64,000 nucleotides of DNA, from assembly GCF_000027125.1 (NCBI RefSeq), contig NC_017626.1; one strand, written 5' to 3'. Source of the stretch: Escherichia coli 042. GTDB lineage: Bacteria; Pseudomonadota; Gammaproteobacteria; Enterobacterales; Enterobacteriaceae. This document shows, in pieces, positions 1 to 10,721 of the stretch; within the stretch, counting starts at the first letter, position 1; the number at the start of each line of letters is the position of its first letter. Below the pieces are notes generated by a model. The model ran no database searches. It worked only from the letters and a program-made list of their open reading frames with translations, and was not told where the DNA came from. Made by a program: the position numbers and the translations under genes.

Positions 1-404
1 AAGGCACCAAAGGCAAGACCGATCTTATCTCTGTCGCCGTTGAGCCAACCGATTCTCCAGTTATCGCCCAGGCGCTGGCAGGTGAAGAGATTAAACCTGG
101 CCCGCATAAAATTCAGGGTATTGGCGCTGGTTTTATCCCGGCGAACCTCGATCTCAAGCTGGTCGATAAAGTCATTGGCATCACCAATGAAGAAGCCATT
201 TCTACCGCGCGTCGTCTGATGGAAGAAGAAGGTATTCTTGCAGGTATCTCTTCTGGAGCAGCTGTTGCTGCGGCGTTGAAACTACAAGAAGATGAAAGCT
301 TTACCAACAAGAATATTGTGGTTATTCTACCGTCATCGGGTGAGCGTTATTTAAGCACCGCATTGTTTGCCGATCTCTTCACTGAGAAAGAATTGCAACA
401 GTAA
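1..404 (+). CDS. cysK: Cysteine synthase A (O-acetylserine sulfhydrylase A), 3' portion; 5' end lies outside the window
   Basis: Open frame from window edge to stop at 402-404; C-terminal translation and position immediately upstream of ptsH fit CysK (recalled, not searched). Confidence 0.85.
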   Translation, partial: GTKGKTDLISVAVEPTDSPVIAQALAGEEIKPGPHKIQGIGAGFIPANLDLKLVDKVIGITNEEAISTARRLMEEEGILAGISSGAAVAAALKLQEDESFTNKNIVVILPSSGERYLSTALFADLFTEKELQQ

Positions 405-431
405 TGCCAGCTTGTTAAAAATGCGTAAAAA

Positions 432-455
432 AGCACCTTTTCAGGTGCTTTTTTG
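432..455 (+). terminator. Rho-independent terminator downstream of cysK
   Basis: GC-containing inverted repeat (agcacct...aggtgct) followed by a T-run about 30 bp after the cysK stop. Confidence 0.6.
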
Positions 456-523
456 TGGCCTGCTTCAAACTTTCGCCCCTCCTGGCATTGATTCAGCCTG
501 TCGGAACTGGTATTTAACCAGAC

Positions 524-550
524 TAATTATTTTGATGCGCGAAATTAATC
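524..550 (+). promoter_or_regulatory. Mlc/NagC-type operator-like AT-rich palindrome in the ptsH upstream region
   Basis: Sequence ttattttgatgcgcgaaattaat about 240 bp upstream of ptsH resembles the Mlc operator reported for ptsH P0 (recalled consensus; placement approximate). Confidence 0.4.
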
Positions 551-787
551 GTTACAGGAAAAGCCAAAGCTGAATCGATTTTATGATTTGGTTCAATTCT
601 TCCTTTAGCGGCATAATGTTTAATGACGTACGAAACGTCAGCGGTCAACACCCGCCAGCAATGGACTGTATTGCGCTCTTCGTGCGTCGCGTCTGTTAAA
701 AACTGGCGCTAACAATACAGGCTAAAGTCGAACCGCCAGGCTAGACTTTAGTTCCACAACACTAAACCTATAAGTTGGGGAAATACA

Positions 788-1045
788 ATGTTCCAGCAAG
801 AAGTTACCATTACCGCTCCGAACGGTCTGCACACCCGCCCTGCTGCCCAGTTTGTAAAAGAAGCTAAGGGCTTCACTTCTGAAATTACTGTGACTTCCAA
901 CGGCAAAAGCGCCAGCGCGAAAAGCCTGTTTAAACTGCAGACTCTGGGCCTGACTCAAGGTACCGTTGTGACTATCTCCGCAGAAGGCGAAGACGAGCAG
1001 AAAGCGGTTGAACATCTGGTTAAACTGATGGCGGAACTCGAGTAA
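788..1045 (+). CDS. ptsH: Phosphocarrier protein HPr of the PTS
   Basis: 85-aa [26 protein letters not shown]... with the active-site His15 context; GGGG-rich RBS upstream; followed by ptsI. Confidence 0.97.
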
Positions 1046-1089
1046 TTTCCCGGGTTCTTTTAAAAATCAGTCACAAGTAAGGTAGGGTT

Positions 1090-2817
1090 ATGATTTCAGG
1101 CATTTTAGCATCCCCGGGTATCGCTTTCGGTAAAGCTCTGCTTCTGAAAGAAGACGAAATTGTCATTGACCGGAAAAAAATTTCTGCCGACCAGGTTGAT
1201 CAGGAAGTTGAACGTTTTCTGAGCGGTCGTGCCAAGGCATCAGCCCAGCTGGAAACGATCAAAACGAAAGCTGGTGAAACGTTCGGTGAAGAAAAAGAAG
1301 CCATCTTTGAAGGGCATATTATGCTGCTCGAAGATGAGGAGCTGGAGCAGGAAATCATAGCCCTGATTAAAGATAAGCACATGACAGCTGACGCAGCTGC
1401 TCATGAAGTTATCGAAGGTCAGGCTTCTGCCCTGGAAGAGCTGGATGATGAATACCTGAAAGAACGTGCGGCTGACGTACGTGATATCGGTAAGCGCCTG
1501 CTGCGCAACATCCTGGGCCTGAAGATTATCGACCTGAGCGCCATTCAGGATGAAGTCATTCTGGTTGCCGCTGACCTGACGCCGTCCGAAACCGCACAGC
1601 TGAACCTGAAGAAGGTGCTGGGTTTCATCACCGACGCGGGTGGCCGTACTTCCCACACCTCTATCATGGCGCGTTCTCTGGAACTGCCTGCTATCGTGGG
1701 TACCGGTAGCGTCACCTCTCAGGTGAAAAATGACGACTATCTGATTCTGGATGCCGTAAATAATCAGGTTTACGTCAATCCAACCAACGAAGTTATTGAT
1801 AAAATGCGCGCTGTTCAGGAGCAAGTGGCTTCTGAAAAAGCAGAGCTTGCTAAACTGAAAGATCTGCCAGCTATTACGCTGGACGGTCACCAGGTAGAAG
1901 TGTGCGCTAACATTGGTACGGTTCGTGACGTTGAAGGTGCAGAGCGTAACGGCGCTGAAGGCGTTGGTCTGTATCGTACTGAGTTCCTGTTCATGGACCG
2001 CGACGCGCTGCCCACTGAAGAAGAACAGTTTGCTGCTTACAAAGCAGTGGCTGAAGCGTGTGGCTCGCAGGCGGTTATCGTTCGTACCATGGACATCGGC
2101 GGCGACAAAGAGCTGCCATACATGAACTTCCCGAAAGAAGAAAACCCGTTCCTCGGCTGGCGCGCTATCCGTATCGCGATGGATCGTAAAGAGATCCTGC
2201 GCGATCAGCTCCGCGCTATCCTGCGTGCCTCGGCTTTCGGTAAATTGCGCATTATGTTCCCGATGATCATCTCTGTTGAAGAAGTGCGTGCACTGCGCAA
2301 AGAGATCGAAATCTACAAACAGGAACTGCGCGACGAAGGTAAAGCGTTTGACGAGTCAATTGAAATCGGCGTAATGGTGGAAACACCGGCTGCCGCAACA
2401 ATTGCACGTCATTTAGCCAAAGAAGTTGATTTCTTTAGTATCGGCACCAATGATTTAACGCAGTACACTCTGGCAGTTGACCGTGGTAATGATATGATTT
2501 CACACCTTTACCAGCCAATGTCACCGTCCGTGCTGAACTTGATCAAGCAAGTTATTGATGCTTCTCATGCTGAAGGCAAATGGACTGGCATGTGTGGTGA
2601 GCTTGCTGGCGATGAACGTGCTACACTTCTGTTGCTGGGGATGGGTCTGGACGAATTCTCTATGAGCGCCATTTCTATCCCGCGCATTAAGAAGATTATC
2701 CGTAACACGAACTTCGAAGATGCGAAGGTGTTAGCAGAGCAGGCTCTTGCTCAACCGACAACGGACGAGTTAATGACGCTGGTTAACAAGTTCATTGAAG
2801 AAAAAACAATCTGCTAA
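1090..2817 (+). CDS. ptsI: PTS enzyme I (phosphoenolpyruvate-protein phosphotransferase)
   Basis: 575-aa ORF with Enzyme I features and length; conserved ptsH-ptsI-crr order. Confidence 0.97.
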   Translation: MISGILASPGIAFGKALLLKEDEIVIDRKKISADQVDQEVERFLSGRAKASAQLETIKTKAGETFGEEKEAIFEGHIMLLEDEELEQEIIALIKDKHMTADAAAHEVIEGQASALEELDDEYLKERAADVRDIGKRLLRNILGLKIIDLSAIQDEVILVAADLTPSETAQLNLKKVLGFITDAGGRTSHTSIMARSLELPAIVGTGSVTSQVKNDDYLILDAVNNQVYVNPTNEVIDKMRAVQEQVASEKAELAKLKDLPAITLDGHQVEVCANIGTVRDVEGAERNGAEGVGLYRTEFLFMDRDALPTEEEQFAAYKAVAEACGSQAVIVRTMDIGGDKELPYMNFPKEENPFLGWRAIRIAMDRKEILRDQLRAILRASAFGKLRIMFPMIISVEEVRALRKEIEIYKQELRDEGKAFDESIEIGVMVETPAAATIARHLAKEVDFFSIGTNDLTQYTLAVDRGNDMISHLYQPMSPSVLNLIKQVIDASHAEGKWTGMCGELAGDERATLLLLGMGLDEFSMSAISIPRIKKIIRNTNFEDAKVLAEQALAQPTTDELMTLVNKFIEEKTIC

Positions 2818-2857
2818 TCCACGAGATGCGGCCCAATTTACTGCTTAGGAGAAGATC

Positions 2858-3367
2858 ATGGGTTTGTTCGATAAACTGAAATCTCTGGTTTCCGACGACA
2901 AGAAGGATACCGGAACTATTGAGATCATTGCTCCGCTCTCTGGCGAGATCGTCAATATCGAAGACGTGCCGGATGTCGTTTTTGCGGAAAAAATCGTTGG
3001 TGATGGCATTGCTATCAAACCAACTGGAAACAAAATGGTCGCGCCTGTAGACGGCACCATTGGTAAAATCTTTGAAACCAACCACGCGTTCTCTATCGAA
3101 TCTGATAGCGGCGTTGAACTGTTCGTCCACTTCGGTATCGACACCGTTGAACTGAAAGGCGAAGGCTTCAAGCGTATTGCTGAAGAAGGTCAGCGCGTGA
3201 AAGTTGGCGATACTGTCATTGAATTCGATCTGCCGCTGCTGGAAGAGAAAGCCAAGTCTACCCTGACTCCGGTTGTTATCTCCAACATGGACGAAATCAA
3301 AGAACTGATCAAACTGTCCGGTAGCGTAACCGTGGGTGAAACCCCGGTTATCCGCATCAAGAAGTAA
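2858..3367 (+). CDS. crr: PTS glucose-specific EIIA component (EIIA-Glc)
   Basis: 169-aa [19 protein letters not shown]...; length and sequence fit Crr; AGGAG RBS upstream. Confidence 0.97.
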
Positions 3368-3380
3368 TTCTTGCCGCAGT

Positions 3381-3410
3381 GAAAAATGGCGCCCATCGGC
3401 GCCATTTTTT
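3381..3410. terminator. Bidirectional hairpin terminator between convergent crr and pdxK
   Basis: Inverted repeat aatggcgcc-catc-ggcgccatt flanked by A-run upstream and T-run downstream. Confidence 0.6.
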
Positions 3411-4260
3411 ATGCTTCCGCCAGCGGCGGCAAAATCAATTCATCGCTCTCATGCTGCTGGGTGTAGCGCATCACTTCCAGTACGCGCAACCCCGCACGGT
3501 GCACCGCATCGTTTAACGCCTTCCCTTTCAGCAAACCACTGATAAGCTGAGCACAAAACAGGTCGCCAGTCCCTTTCAGGTCGGTTTTTACCCGTGAATG
3601 GGAAATGACATTCACGCTGTCGGCAGTGACCACCACCACCTGCATCTCCTGATTTTCTTCATTACCGGAGGCGCTGGTAATCACCACCCATTTTAATGTG
3701 TCTGAAAGCAGACTTTTTGCGGCAGCAATGGCACTGTCGAGATCGCGGCAATTTTTACCGGTCAGGATTTCCAGCTCAAAAATATTGGGGGTAATTCCCT
3801 GCGCCAGCGGCAGTAAATATTGTCGATACGCCTCGGGAAGGTCAGGTTTGACATAAATTCCGCTATCAATATCGCCAATCACTGGATCGACCATGATCAA
3901 TAGGTCAGGATGATCTTTGCGTAGCGCAGTCAGCCACTCGGCAAGGATTTTGATTTGCGATGCCGTTCCCATATAGCCCGTGGTTACAGCACGAAGTTGG
4001 CGCAACGCATCACGCTCCTGAAGCGCACGCAAATAGCCGCTAAACCATTCGTCCGGAATCGCACCACCGTAGAAAGTGTCATAATGCGGTGTATTGCTCA
4101 GCAATACAGTCGGCACGGCAAAGACATTCAAGCCGTTCTGTTTGATAGCAGGCACGGCAATGCTGTTGCCTACGCTGCCGTACACTACCTGCGACTGCAC
4201 GGCGACGATATCCGCCTGCAATGCCCTGCTCTTATCGTTAAACAACAACAAACTACTCAT
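3409..4260 (-). CDS. pdxK: Pyridoxal/pyridoxine/pyridoxamine kinase
   Basis: 283-aa [35 protein letters not shown]...; ribokinase-family fold signature; position after crr as in E. coli. Confidence 0.93.
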   Translation of the reverse strand: MSSLLLFNDKSRALQADIVAVQSQVVYGSVGNSIAVPAIKQNGLNVFAVPTVLLSNTPHYDTFYGGAIPDEWFSGYLRALQERDALRQLRAVTTGYMGTASQIKILAEWLTALRKDHPDLLIMVDPVIGDIDSGIYVKPDLPEAYRQYLLPLAQGITPNIFELEILTGKNCRDLDSAIAAAKSLLSDTLKWVVITSASGNEENQEMQVVVVTADSVNVISHSRVKTDLKGTGDLFCAQLISGLLKGKALNDAVHRAGLRVLEVMRYTQQHESDELILPPLAEA

Positions 4261-4273
4261 TTAATTTTTTCTC

Positions 4274-4339
<66 letters not shown>

Positions 4340-4364
4340 CACAAAACAAGGATAAGGTAATTCA

Positions 4365-4739
4365 ATGAAGAAAATCATTTGTCTGGTCATTACGCTGCTA
4401 ATGACACTCCCCGTTTACGCGAAGTTAACTGCCCATGAAGAAGCCCGTATCAACGCCATGCTGGAGGGATTAGCACAGAAAAAGGATTTGATATTTGTGC
4501 GTAACGGCGATGAACACACCTGTGATGAAGCGGTTTCCCACCTGCGTCTGAAGCTCGGCAACACGCGCAACCGCATTGACACCGCCGAGCAGTTTATTGA
4601 TAAGGTGGCCTCGTCGTCATCGATTACCGGGAAGCCGTATATCGTGAAGATGCCCGGTAAAAGCGATGAGAACGCACAACCTTTTTTACATGCGCTAATT
4701 GCGCAGACGGATAAAACGGTGCCTGCGGAAGGGAATTAA
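4365..4739 (+). CDS. yfeK: Uncharacterised secreted protein YfeK (N-terminal signal peptide)
   Basis: 124-aa ORF with hydrophobic signal-like N-terminus [19 protein letters not shown]; RBS present; position fits yfeK. Confidence 0.8.
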   Translation: MKKIICLVITLLMTLPVYAKLTAHEEARINAMLEGLAQKKDLIFVRNGDEHTCDEAVSHLRLKLGNTRNRIDTAEQFIDKVASSSSITGKPYIVKMPGKSDENAQPFLHALIAQTDKTVPAEGN

Positions 4740-4771
4740 TCCGCTCTGGCAAGGTAGTTACAGGAGGTAAC

Positions 4772-5506
4772 ATGAAAAAATGCTTTATTTATAACGATGA
4801 AAAATCGAATAAATTTTGGTGGATAGATTACAAAGAGGATAGTTTAGCGGTCAACTATGGCAAGGTAGGTAGTATTGGTAAATTCCAGACAAAAGAGTTC
4901 GATAATGAAGAACAGTGTCTGAAAGCAGCCAGTAAATTGATTGCCGCAAAAATGAAGAAAGGCTATCAAGAAGATCCAAACGTTAACTTCATGGATCGCT
5001 ACTATTTTGATGATGAAGAAATTGGGTTACATGTTAAAACGTCACACCCAAACTTCCAGTGCCATTTTACTGATCCACTTTATATGTGTTGCTGGGATGA
5101 AGAATCTCCTTTTGGCAGCGATGAAGGTGCTGATGCTCTAAACGTTCTTGAAAATAGCCTCCGTAAAGAGCCGGATCTGGACTGTGCTGATTTCCCTCAA
5201 ATGTTAATTGAAACTGTGTGGGGTATGAAATACATCGCTATGGACAGTATTCTTGAAGAGGATGTTCGTGCGCAATTACTAGTCGATGAAATGAGCACTA
5301 TCCAGAGCAATATGATTACCTACGCGACTGCATTCGGTCAGATTAAAGTCATGGGTAAAATCTCCCATAAACTTAAAAAGATGGGACTCAATGCACTAGC
5401 GCGTCATCAGCTTACCGCAAAAATTCTTCAATGGGGTGACGGTCAGGACTCACCAATACTTCAAAAAATGATTGACGATCTAACCGCTTTTCCACACGAA
5501 AATTAA
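4772..5506 (+). CDS. yfeS: Uncharacterised WGR-domain-like protein YfeS
   Basis: 244-aa ORF MKKCFIYNDEKSNKFWWIDY...; strong RBS (acaggaggtaacATG); AT-rich coding sequence. Confidence 0.8.
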   Translation: MKKCFIYNDEKSNKFWWIDYKEDSLAVNYGKVGSIGKFQTKEFDNEEQCLKAASKLIAAKMKKGYQEDPNVNFMDRYYFDDEEIGLHVKTSHPNFQCHFTDPLYMCCWDEESPFGSDEGADALNVLENSLRKEPDLDCADFPQMLIETVWGMKYIAMDSILEEDVRAQLLVDEMSTIQSNMITYATAFGQIKVMGKISHKLKKMGLNALARHQLTAKILQWGDGQDSPILQKMIDDLTAFPHEN

Positions 5507-5557
5507 ATACTGTATTTGCCGGCAGCAACAACTGTTGACAAAGTGCGCTCTGTTTAT

Positions 5558-5656
5558 GCCGGATGCGGCGCAAACGCCTTATCCGGCCTACAAAATCATG
5601 CTAATTCAATATATTGCAGAAATATCGTAGGCCTGATAAGCGTAGCGCATCAGGCA
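5558..5656. repeat. Two REP elements in opposite orientation (BIME-like) between convergent yfeS and cysM
   Basis: gccggatgcggcgcaaacgccttatccggcctaca and gtaggcctgataagcgtagcgcatcaggc match the REP family also seen at 6630, 26870-27352, 52003 and 56676. Confidence 0.7.
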
Positions 5657-5694
5657 GTTTTGCATTTGTCATCAATCTCAAGTGCTATTAATCC

Positions 5695-6606
5695 TTAAAT
5701 CCCCGCCCCCTGGCTAAAATGCTCTTCCCCAAACACCCCGGTAGAAAGGTAGCGATCGCCGCGATCGCAGATGATCGCGACCACCACCGCGCCGGGGTTA
5801 GCTTTTGCCACGCGCAGTGCTCCGGCAACCGCGCCGCCGGAGCTGACGCCACAGAATATTCCTTCCCGCACTGCCAGTTCGCGCATGGTGTTTTCCGCTT
5901 CTCGCTGATGAATATCCAGCACCTCATCCACCAGAGAAGCGTTGAAAATCCCCGGCAGATATTCCGCAGGCCAGCGGCGAATGCCGGGAATGCTACTGCC
6001 CTCTTCCGGCTGCAGGCCAACAATGGTCACCGGTTTGGATTGTTCGCGCATAAAGCGTGAAACGCCGGTGATAGTGCCGGTTGTTCCCATGCTGGAGACA
6101 AAATGGGTAATGCGCCCGCCAGTTTGCTGCCAGATTTCCGGCCCGGTGGTGGTGTAATGGGCGTAGGGATTATCAGGATTATTGAACTGATCGAGCAGCT
6201 TTCCTTCACCACGATTCGCCATCTCCAGCGCCAGATCGCGCGCACCTTCCATGCCCTGCTCTTTGGTGACAAGAATCAGTTCCGCACCATAAGCACGCAT
6301 CGCCGCACGGCGTTCCTGGCTCATGTTGTCGGGCATCAGCAATTTCATGCGATAGCCTTTAAGCGCGGCAATCATTGCCAGCGCAATGCCGGTGTTACCA
6401 CTGGTGGCTTCGATCAGCACGTCCCCCGGTTTAATTTCCCCGCGCTTTTCCGCCTCGACGATCATCGAAAGTGCCGCACGATCTTTTACCGAACCTGCCG
6501 GGTTATTGCCTTCCAGTTTCAACCAGATTTCACTGCCGTTATTCGGCCCCATTCGCTGCAACTTCACCAGAGGCGTATTGCCAATTGTTTGTTCTAATGT
6601 ACTCAC
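5695..6606 (-). CDS. cysM: Cysteine synthase B (O-acetylserine sulfhydrylase B)
   Basis: Track ORF 5695..6684; the CysM-like sequence begins at VSTLEQTIGNTPLVKLQR (GTG start at 6606), giving 303 aa; PLP-enzyme motifs; last gene of the cysPUWAM cluster. Confidence 0.93.
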   Translation of the reverse strand: MSTLEQTIGNTPLVKLQRMGPNNGSEIWLKLEGNNPAGSVKDRAALSMIVEAEKRGEIKPGDVLIEATSGNTGIALAMIAALKGYRMKLLMPDNMSQERRAAMRAYGAELILVTKEQGMEGARDLALEMANRGEGKLLDQFNNPDNPYAHYTTTGPEIWQQTGGRITHFVSSMGTTGTITGVSRFMREQSKPVTIVGLQPEEGSSIPGIRRWPAEYLPGIFNASLVDEVLDIHQREAENTMRELAVREGIFCGVSSGGAVAGALRVAKANPGAVVVAIICDRGDRYLSTGVFGEEHFSQGAGI

Positions 6607-6629
6607 GATCTCTATCCATACGTGGTGTT

Positions 6630-6668
6630 GCCTGATGCGACGCTTACGCGTCTTATCAGGCTTACAGG
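6630..6668. repeat. REP element in the cysA-cysM intergenic region
   Basis: gcctgatgcgacgcttacgcgtcttatcaggcttaca fits the REP palindrome family. Confidence 0.6.
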
Positions 6669-6685
6669 TTACAAACCTTGCCATT

Positions 6686-6718
6686 AAAAAGCCCGGATCG
6701 CGGGAAGCGCCTCCGGGC
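6686..6718 (-). terminator. Terminator-like GC hairpin with U-run inside the cys operon (between cysA and cysM)
   Basis: On the minus strand gcccggaggcgcttcccgcgatccgggc is followed by ttttt; probably a partial terminator or RNA-stability element. Confidence 0.4.
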
Positions 6719-6739
6719 GTTTAACATTCACTCAACCTA

Positions 6740-7837
6740 TCAGGCGCTTTGTGCGAGAGCAAGTTCCTCATCGCGGGTTTCAATACGCTCGTCGCCGTTA
6801 TACAGCCGCGCATGTTGCAGACCAACGAATAAACGCTCGCCACGTTGCGGGGCGTCGTCGCCGTGCATCACGACCGTCAGCGCTTCGTTGTACCACCCCA
6901 GCGGCTGCACGACTAATTGGGTGTAGTGGCCTTTCGGGCTGGCTTCCAGTACCTGTACCGGCAGCGGCGAATCGAGGCTGGTACGGCGGCTGATATCCAC
7001 TTCCCAAGGGCGCAGGAAGAGATCCACCGGCCCCTGATACGCAGGTGTGTAGCCCAGCGGCCAGCGATGCGCGCCAACATGGAACTGCCCGCCGCGAATG
7101 GTTCCCTGCAGGCGGTTCACTTCGCCCATAAATTCGAGCACAAAGCGGGTCGCTGGTTCGCGCCATACCTGATCCGGCGCATCAGACTGCTCGATATTGC
7201 CCTGGCTCATCACCACTACACGATCGGCTACTTCGGTCGCTTCTTCCTGGTCATGGGTAACGAATACGCTGGTAAATTTCAGTTCTTCATGCAGTTGACG
7301 CAACCAGCGACGCAGCTCTTTACGCACCTGCGCATCCAGCGCGCCAAACGGTTCATCAAGCAGCAGAATTTGCGGTTCCACAGCCAGCGCACGCGCCAGC
7401 GCCACGCGCTGTTTCTGCCCGCCGGAAAGCTGTGCCGGATAACGATCCGCCAGATGCGCAAGCTGCACCATCTCCAGCAATTTTGTCACTTTCGCTTTGA
7501 TGGCTGCGGCATTCGGGCGCTCGCGACGCGGCAGCACCGTCAGGCCAAAAGCGATATTGTCGAATACCGTCATATGACGGAACAGCGCGTAATGCTGGAA
7601 CACGAAACCGACTTTGCGATCGCGCGCGTGCAGACGGCTGACGTCGGTGCCGTGGAAGCGAATATGCCCGCTGGTTTGATGCTCCAGCCCAGCAATAATG
7701 CGCAGCAGCGTGGTTTTCCCGGAACCAGACGGCCCCAGCAATGCGACCATCTGACCAGAAGGAATATCCAGTGAGATATCGTTCAGCACCTGGGTGCGAC
7801 CAAAAGACTTCTTAATATTGGCAATCTCAATGCTCAT
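6740..7837 (-). CDS. cysA: Sulfate/thiosulfate ABC transporter ATP-binding protein
   Basis: 365-aa ORF with Walker [13 protein letters not shown] signature LSGGQKQR and Walker B LLLDEP; start overlaps the cysW stop. Confidence 0.95.
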   Translation of the reverse strand: MSIEIANIKKSFGRTQVLNDISLDIPSGQMVALLGPSGSGKTTLLRIIAGLEHQTSGHIRFHGTDVSRLHARDRKVGFVFQHYALFRHMTVFDNIAFGLTVLPRRERPNAAAIKAKVTKLLEMVQLAHLADRYPAQLSGGQKQRVALARALAVEPQILLLDEPFGALDAQVRKELRRWLRQLHEELKFTSVFVTHDQEEATEVADRVVVMSQGNIEQSDAPDQVWREPATRFVLEFMGEVNRLQGTIRGGQFHVGAHRWPLGYTPAYQGPVDLFLRPWEVDISRRTSLDSPLPVQVLEASPKGHYTQLVVQPLGWYNEALTVVMHGDDAPQRGERLFVGLQHARLYNGDERIETRDEELALAQSA

Positions 7838-8702
7838 GATGCTCCTCCTGCTGCGCGCGTTTTTCCTGATTCTCCAGACGCCACTGCAACATACTCTTTA
7901 AAAACAGGGTGATAATCGCCATCAGCGTCAACAACGCGGCAGCGGTAAAGGAGCCGACGGTGTTGTAGTCTTGCTCCAGCAATTCAATCTGTAACGGCAG
8001 CGAAAGTGTTTCGCCGCGAATCGAGCCGGAAACCACCGACACCGCACCAAACTCGCCAATCGCGCGGGCGTTGGTCAGCACCACGCCATAAAGCAGCGCC
8101 CAGCGAATGTTCGGCAATGTGACGCGGCGAAACATCTGCCAGCCAGACGCGCCAAGCAAAATCGCCGCTTCGTCTTCCTGGCTGCCCTGGCTTAACATCA
8201 CCGGCACCAGCTCGCGCACCACAAACGGACACGTCACAAAGATGGTGACCAGCACCATTCCCGGCCAGGAGAACATAATTTGCAGATTATGTTCATCCAG
8301 CCAGCCACCGAGCGGGCCGTTAGAGCCGTAAAACAGCAGATACACCAGACCGGCTACCACAGGCGACACGGCAAACGGAATGTCCAGCAGCGTCAGCAGT
8401 AACTGGCGTCCAGGGAAGTTAAAGCGCGTCACCAGCCAGGCCAGCAGAATGCCGAACACCAGGTTTACCGGTACGGCAATCAGCGCGATCATCACCGTCA
8501 GCCAGATGGCGTGCAGCATGTCCGGATCGGCCAGATTCTGTAAAACCGGCATCAGCCCTTTGCTGAACGCCTGTACGAAGATATAAATCATCGGCACCAG
8601 CAGGATGAACGCCGAAACCAGCATCCCGATACCAATCAGAAACCACTTGCCCCAGTTAATCGGGCGCGCGCCATAACGCTTCAATTGGGTAACTTCCGCC
8701 AT
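7827..8702 (-). CDS. cysW: Sulfate/thiosulfate ABC transporter permease
   Basis: 291-aa multi-pass membrane ORF; conserved position between cysU and cysA. Confidence 0.95.
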   Translation of the reverse strand: MAEVTQLKRYGARPINWGKWFLIGIGMLVSAFILLVPMIYIFVQAFSKGLMPVLQNLADPDMLHAIWLTVMIALIAVPVNLVFGILLAWLVTRFNFPGRQLLLTLLDIPFAVSPVVAGLVYLLFYGSNGPLGGWLDEHNLQIMFSWPGMVLVTIFVTCPFVVRELVPVMLSQGSQEDEAAILLGASGWQMFRRVTLPNIRWALLYGVVLTNARAIGEFGAVSVVSGSIRGETLSLPLQIELLEQDYNTVGSFTAAALLTLMAIITLFLKSMLQWRLENQEKRAQQEEHHEH

Positions 8703-9535
8703 TAATGACCTACCACACGCCGACCAAAGCGACTTTGCAGAGTGTTAATTGAGAACAACAGCAGCAGGGATGCCGCGAGGATCACCGAAGCAATCGCGCT
8801 CGCCGCCGGGTAATCAAACTCCTGCAAGCGCACAAAAATCATCAGCGACGTCACTTCCGTCTTCCAGGCGATGTTCCCGGCGATAAAAATCACCGCGCCA
8901 AACTCACCAAGACTACGAGTAAACGACAGCGCCACGCCCGCCACCAGCGCCGGAGAAAGTTCCGGCAGCACCACTTTGCAGAAACTCTGCCAGCGCGTTG
9001 CACCAAGCGTTTCTGCAGCTTCTTCATATTCCGGGCCTAACTCTTCCAGCACCGGCTGCACGGTACGCACCACAAACGGAATACTGGTAAAAGCCATCGC
9101 CACCGCAATCCCCAGCCAGGTATAGGTAACTTTGATATCAAACTTCGCCAGCCATTCACCGTAAAAACCGTTCACGGAAAAGAGCGAGGCCAGCGTTAAA
9201 CCGGCGACTGCCGTTGGCAGCGCAAAGGGTAAATCCATCAGCGCATCAAGCAGCGTGCGGCCCGGAAAGCGATAACGGGTTAAGATCCACGCCATCAGCA
9301 GGCCGAAAACGCCGTTAAAAATTGATGCCACAAACGCCGACAGCAGCGTCACTTTGTAGGCCGCGACCACCTGCGGGTTGGTGATCACCTCCCAGTACTG
9401 CGCCCAGCTCATCTCAGAGAGCTGCATCACCAGCGCGGAGAGCGGCAGCAGCAAAATCAGGCACACAAACAGCAGACTGGTGCCGAGGCTTAAGGTAAAG
9501 CCCGGCAGCACGCGTCTTGATGAAACTGCAAACAT
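8702..9535 (-). CDS. cysU: Sulfate/thiosulfate ABC transporter permease
   Basis: 277-aa membrane ORF, paralogous to cysW; start/stop coupled to neighbours by 1-bp overlaps. Confidence 0.95.
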   Translation of the reverse strand: MFAVSSRRVLPGFTLSLGTSLLFVCLILLLPLSALVMQLSEMSWAQYWEVITNPQVVAAYKVTLLSAFVASIFNGVFGLLMAWILTRYRFPGRTLLDALMDLPFALPTAVAGLTLASLFSVNGFYGEWLAKFDIKVTYTWLGIAVAMAFTSIPFVVRTVQPVLEELGPEYEEAAETLGATRWQSFCKVVLPELSPALVAGVALSFTRSLGEFGAVIFIAGNIAWKTEVTSLMIFVRLQEFDYPAASAIASVILAASLLLLFSINTLQSRFGRRVVGH

Positions 9536-10551
9536 TAATTACGCCCCGCCGCTAACAGCTTGTCTAACTCGCCGCCGCTGGTGAAGTGGGTTTTCATCAC
9601 TTCCGGCCAGGAGCCAAATTTGTCTTCCACGCGGAACAGTTCGGTCTGCGGGAATTTGTCTTTCAGTTTGTCCATGACTTCCGGGTTATTTACGCGGTAG
9701 TAATAGTCGGTGATGATGGTTTGCGCCTGCGGGCTGTAGAGCCAGTTCAGGTAAGCTTTTGCTGCTTTTTCCGTACCGTTGGCCTGCACATTTTTATCGA
9801 CCCACGCCACCGGGAATTCCGCAAGAATGTTAGTTTTCGGAATAACTACTTCGAAGCCCTGCGCTTCATACTGTTTACGAATGTTGTTCACTTCCGATTC
9901 GAAGCTAATCAGCACATCGCCCAGCCCGCGCTCGGCAAAGGTGGTGGTCGCGCCACGGCCACCGGTATCGAACACTTCAACGTTTTTCAGGAACTGGGTC
10001 ATAAACTGTTCGGTTTTGGCTTTGTCGCCACCGTCAGCTTTATCCGCTGCGCCCCATGCCGCCAGATAGGTGTAACGTGCGTTACCCGACGTTTTCGGGT
10101 TCGGGAAAATCAGCTTCACGTCGGAGCGCACCAGATCGTTCCAGTCGTGGATATTTTTCGGGTTGCCCTTACGCACCAGGAAACCCATGGTGGAGTAGAA
10201 CGGCGAGCTGTTATTCGGCAGGCGCGTTTGCCAGTCGGCCGGGATCAGCTTGCCTTTGTCGTGCAGGATTTGTACGTCAGTCACCTGGTTATAAGTGACA
10301 ACGTCGGCTTTTAAGCCCTGCAAAATCGCCAACGCCTGTTTTGATGACCCGGCATGAGATTGTTTTATCGTCAGTTTGTCGCCGCCGTTATCTTTGGCCC
10401 ATTGTTGCTCAAACGGCGGGTTCAGGGCGGCAAACAGCTCGCGGGAGACGTCATAAGAACTGTTCAGCAGTTCCGTTGCCTGTACATGGCCCGCCAGCAG
10501 CAGAGAAGCGACCAGCGCGAGTGAGTTCTTTTTCAGTAAGTTAACGGCCAT
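9535..10551 (-). CDS. cysP: Thiosulfate-binding periplasmic protein
   Basis: 338-aa ORF with signal peptide [25 protein letters not shown]; first gene of cysPUWAM. Confidence 0.95.
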   Translation of the reverse strand: MAVNLLKKNSLALVASLLLAGHVQATELLNSSYDVSRELFAALNPPFEQQWAKDNGGDKLTIKQSHAGSSKQALAILQGLKADVVTYNQVTDVQILHDKGKLIPADWQTRLPNNSSPFYSTMGFLVRKGNPKNIHDWNDLVRSDVKLIFPNPKTSGNARYTYLAAWGAADKADGGDKAKTEQFMTQFLKNVEVFDTGGRGATTTFAERGLGDVLISFESEVNNIRKQYEAQGFEVVIPKTNILAEFPVAWVDKNVQANGTEKAAKAYLNWLYSPQAQTIITDYYYRVNNPEVMDKLKDKFPQTELFRVEDKFGSWPEVMKTHFTSGGELDKLLAAGRN

Positions 10552-10721
10552 TGCGCACCCTTATAAATTTAATGACTTTCTAATAGCCATCATATTTATA
10601 ACGGACGTGAAAGGAGTAACGGTTTTATATACCGTTTGGTGATTTGGAAGTTGAAAAGGGAATAAGAACCGGGTTCAAGACGAAATCCTCCCCACAAATG
10701 CAGGGAGGAAACAGAGGTGAA

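Noticed and set aside
1240-1890. 216-aa minus-strand ORF inside ptsI
   Set aside because: Entirely antisense to the well-supported ptsI reading frame; no RBS; product is low-complexity. Typical shadow ORF.
5516-5698. 60-aa ORF between yfeS and cysM
   Set aside because: Spans the two REP palindromes; no RBS; its sequence is repeat-derived.
9586-10314. 242-aa plus-strand ORF antisense to cysP
   Set aside because: Antisense to cysP, which has a clear signal peptide and operon context.
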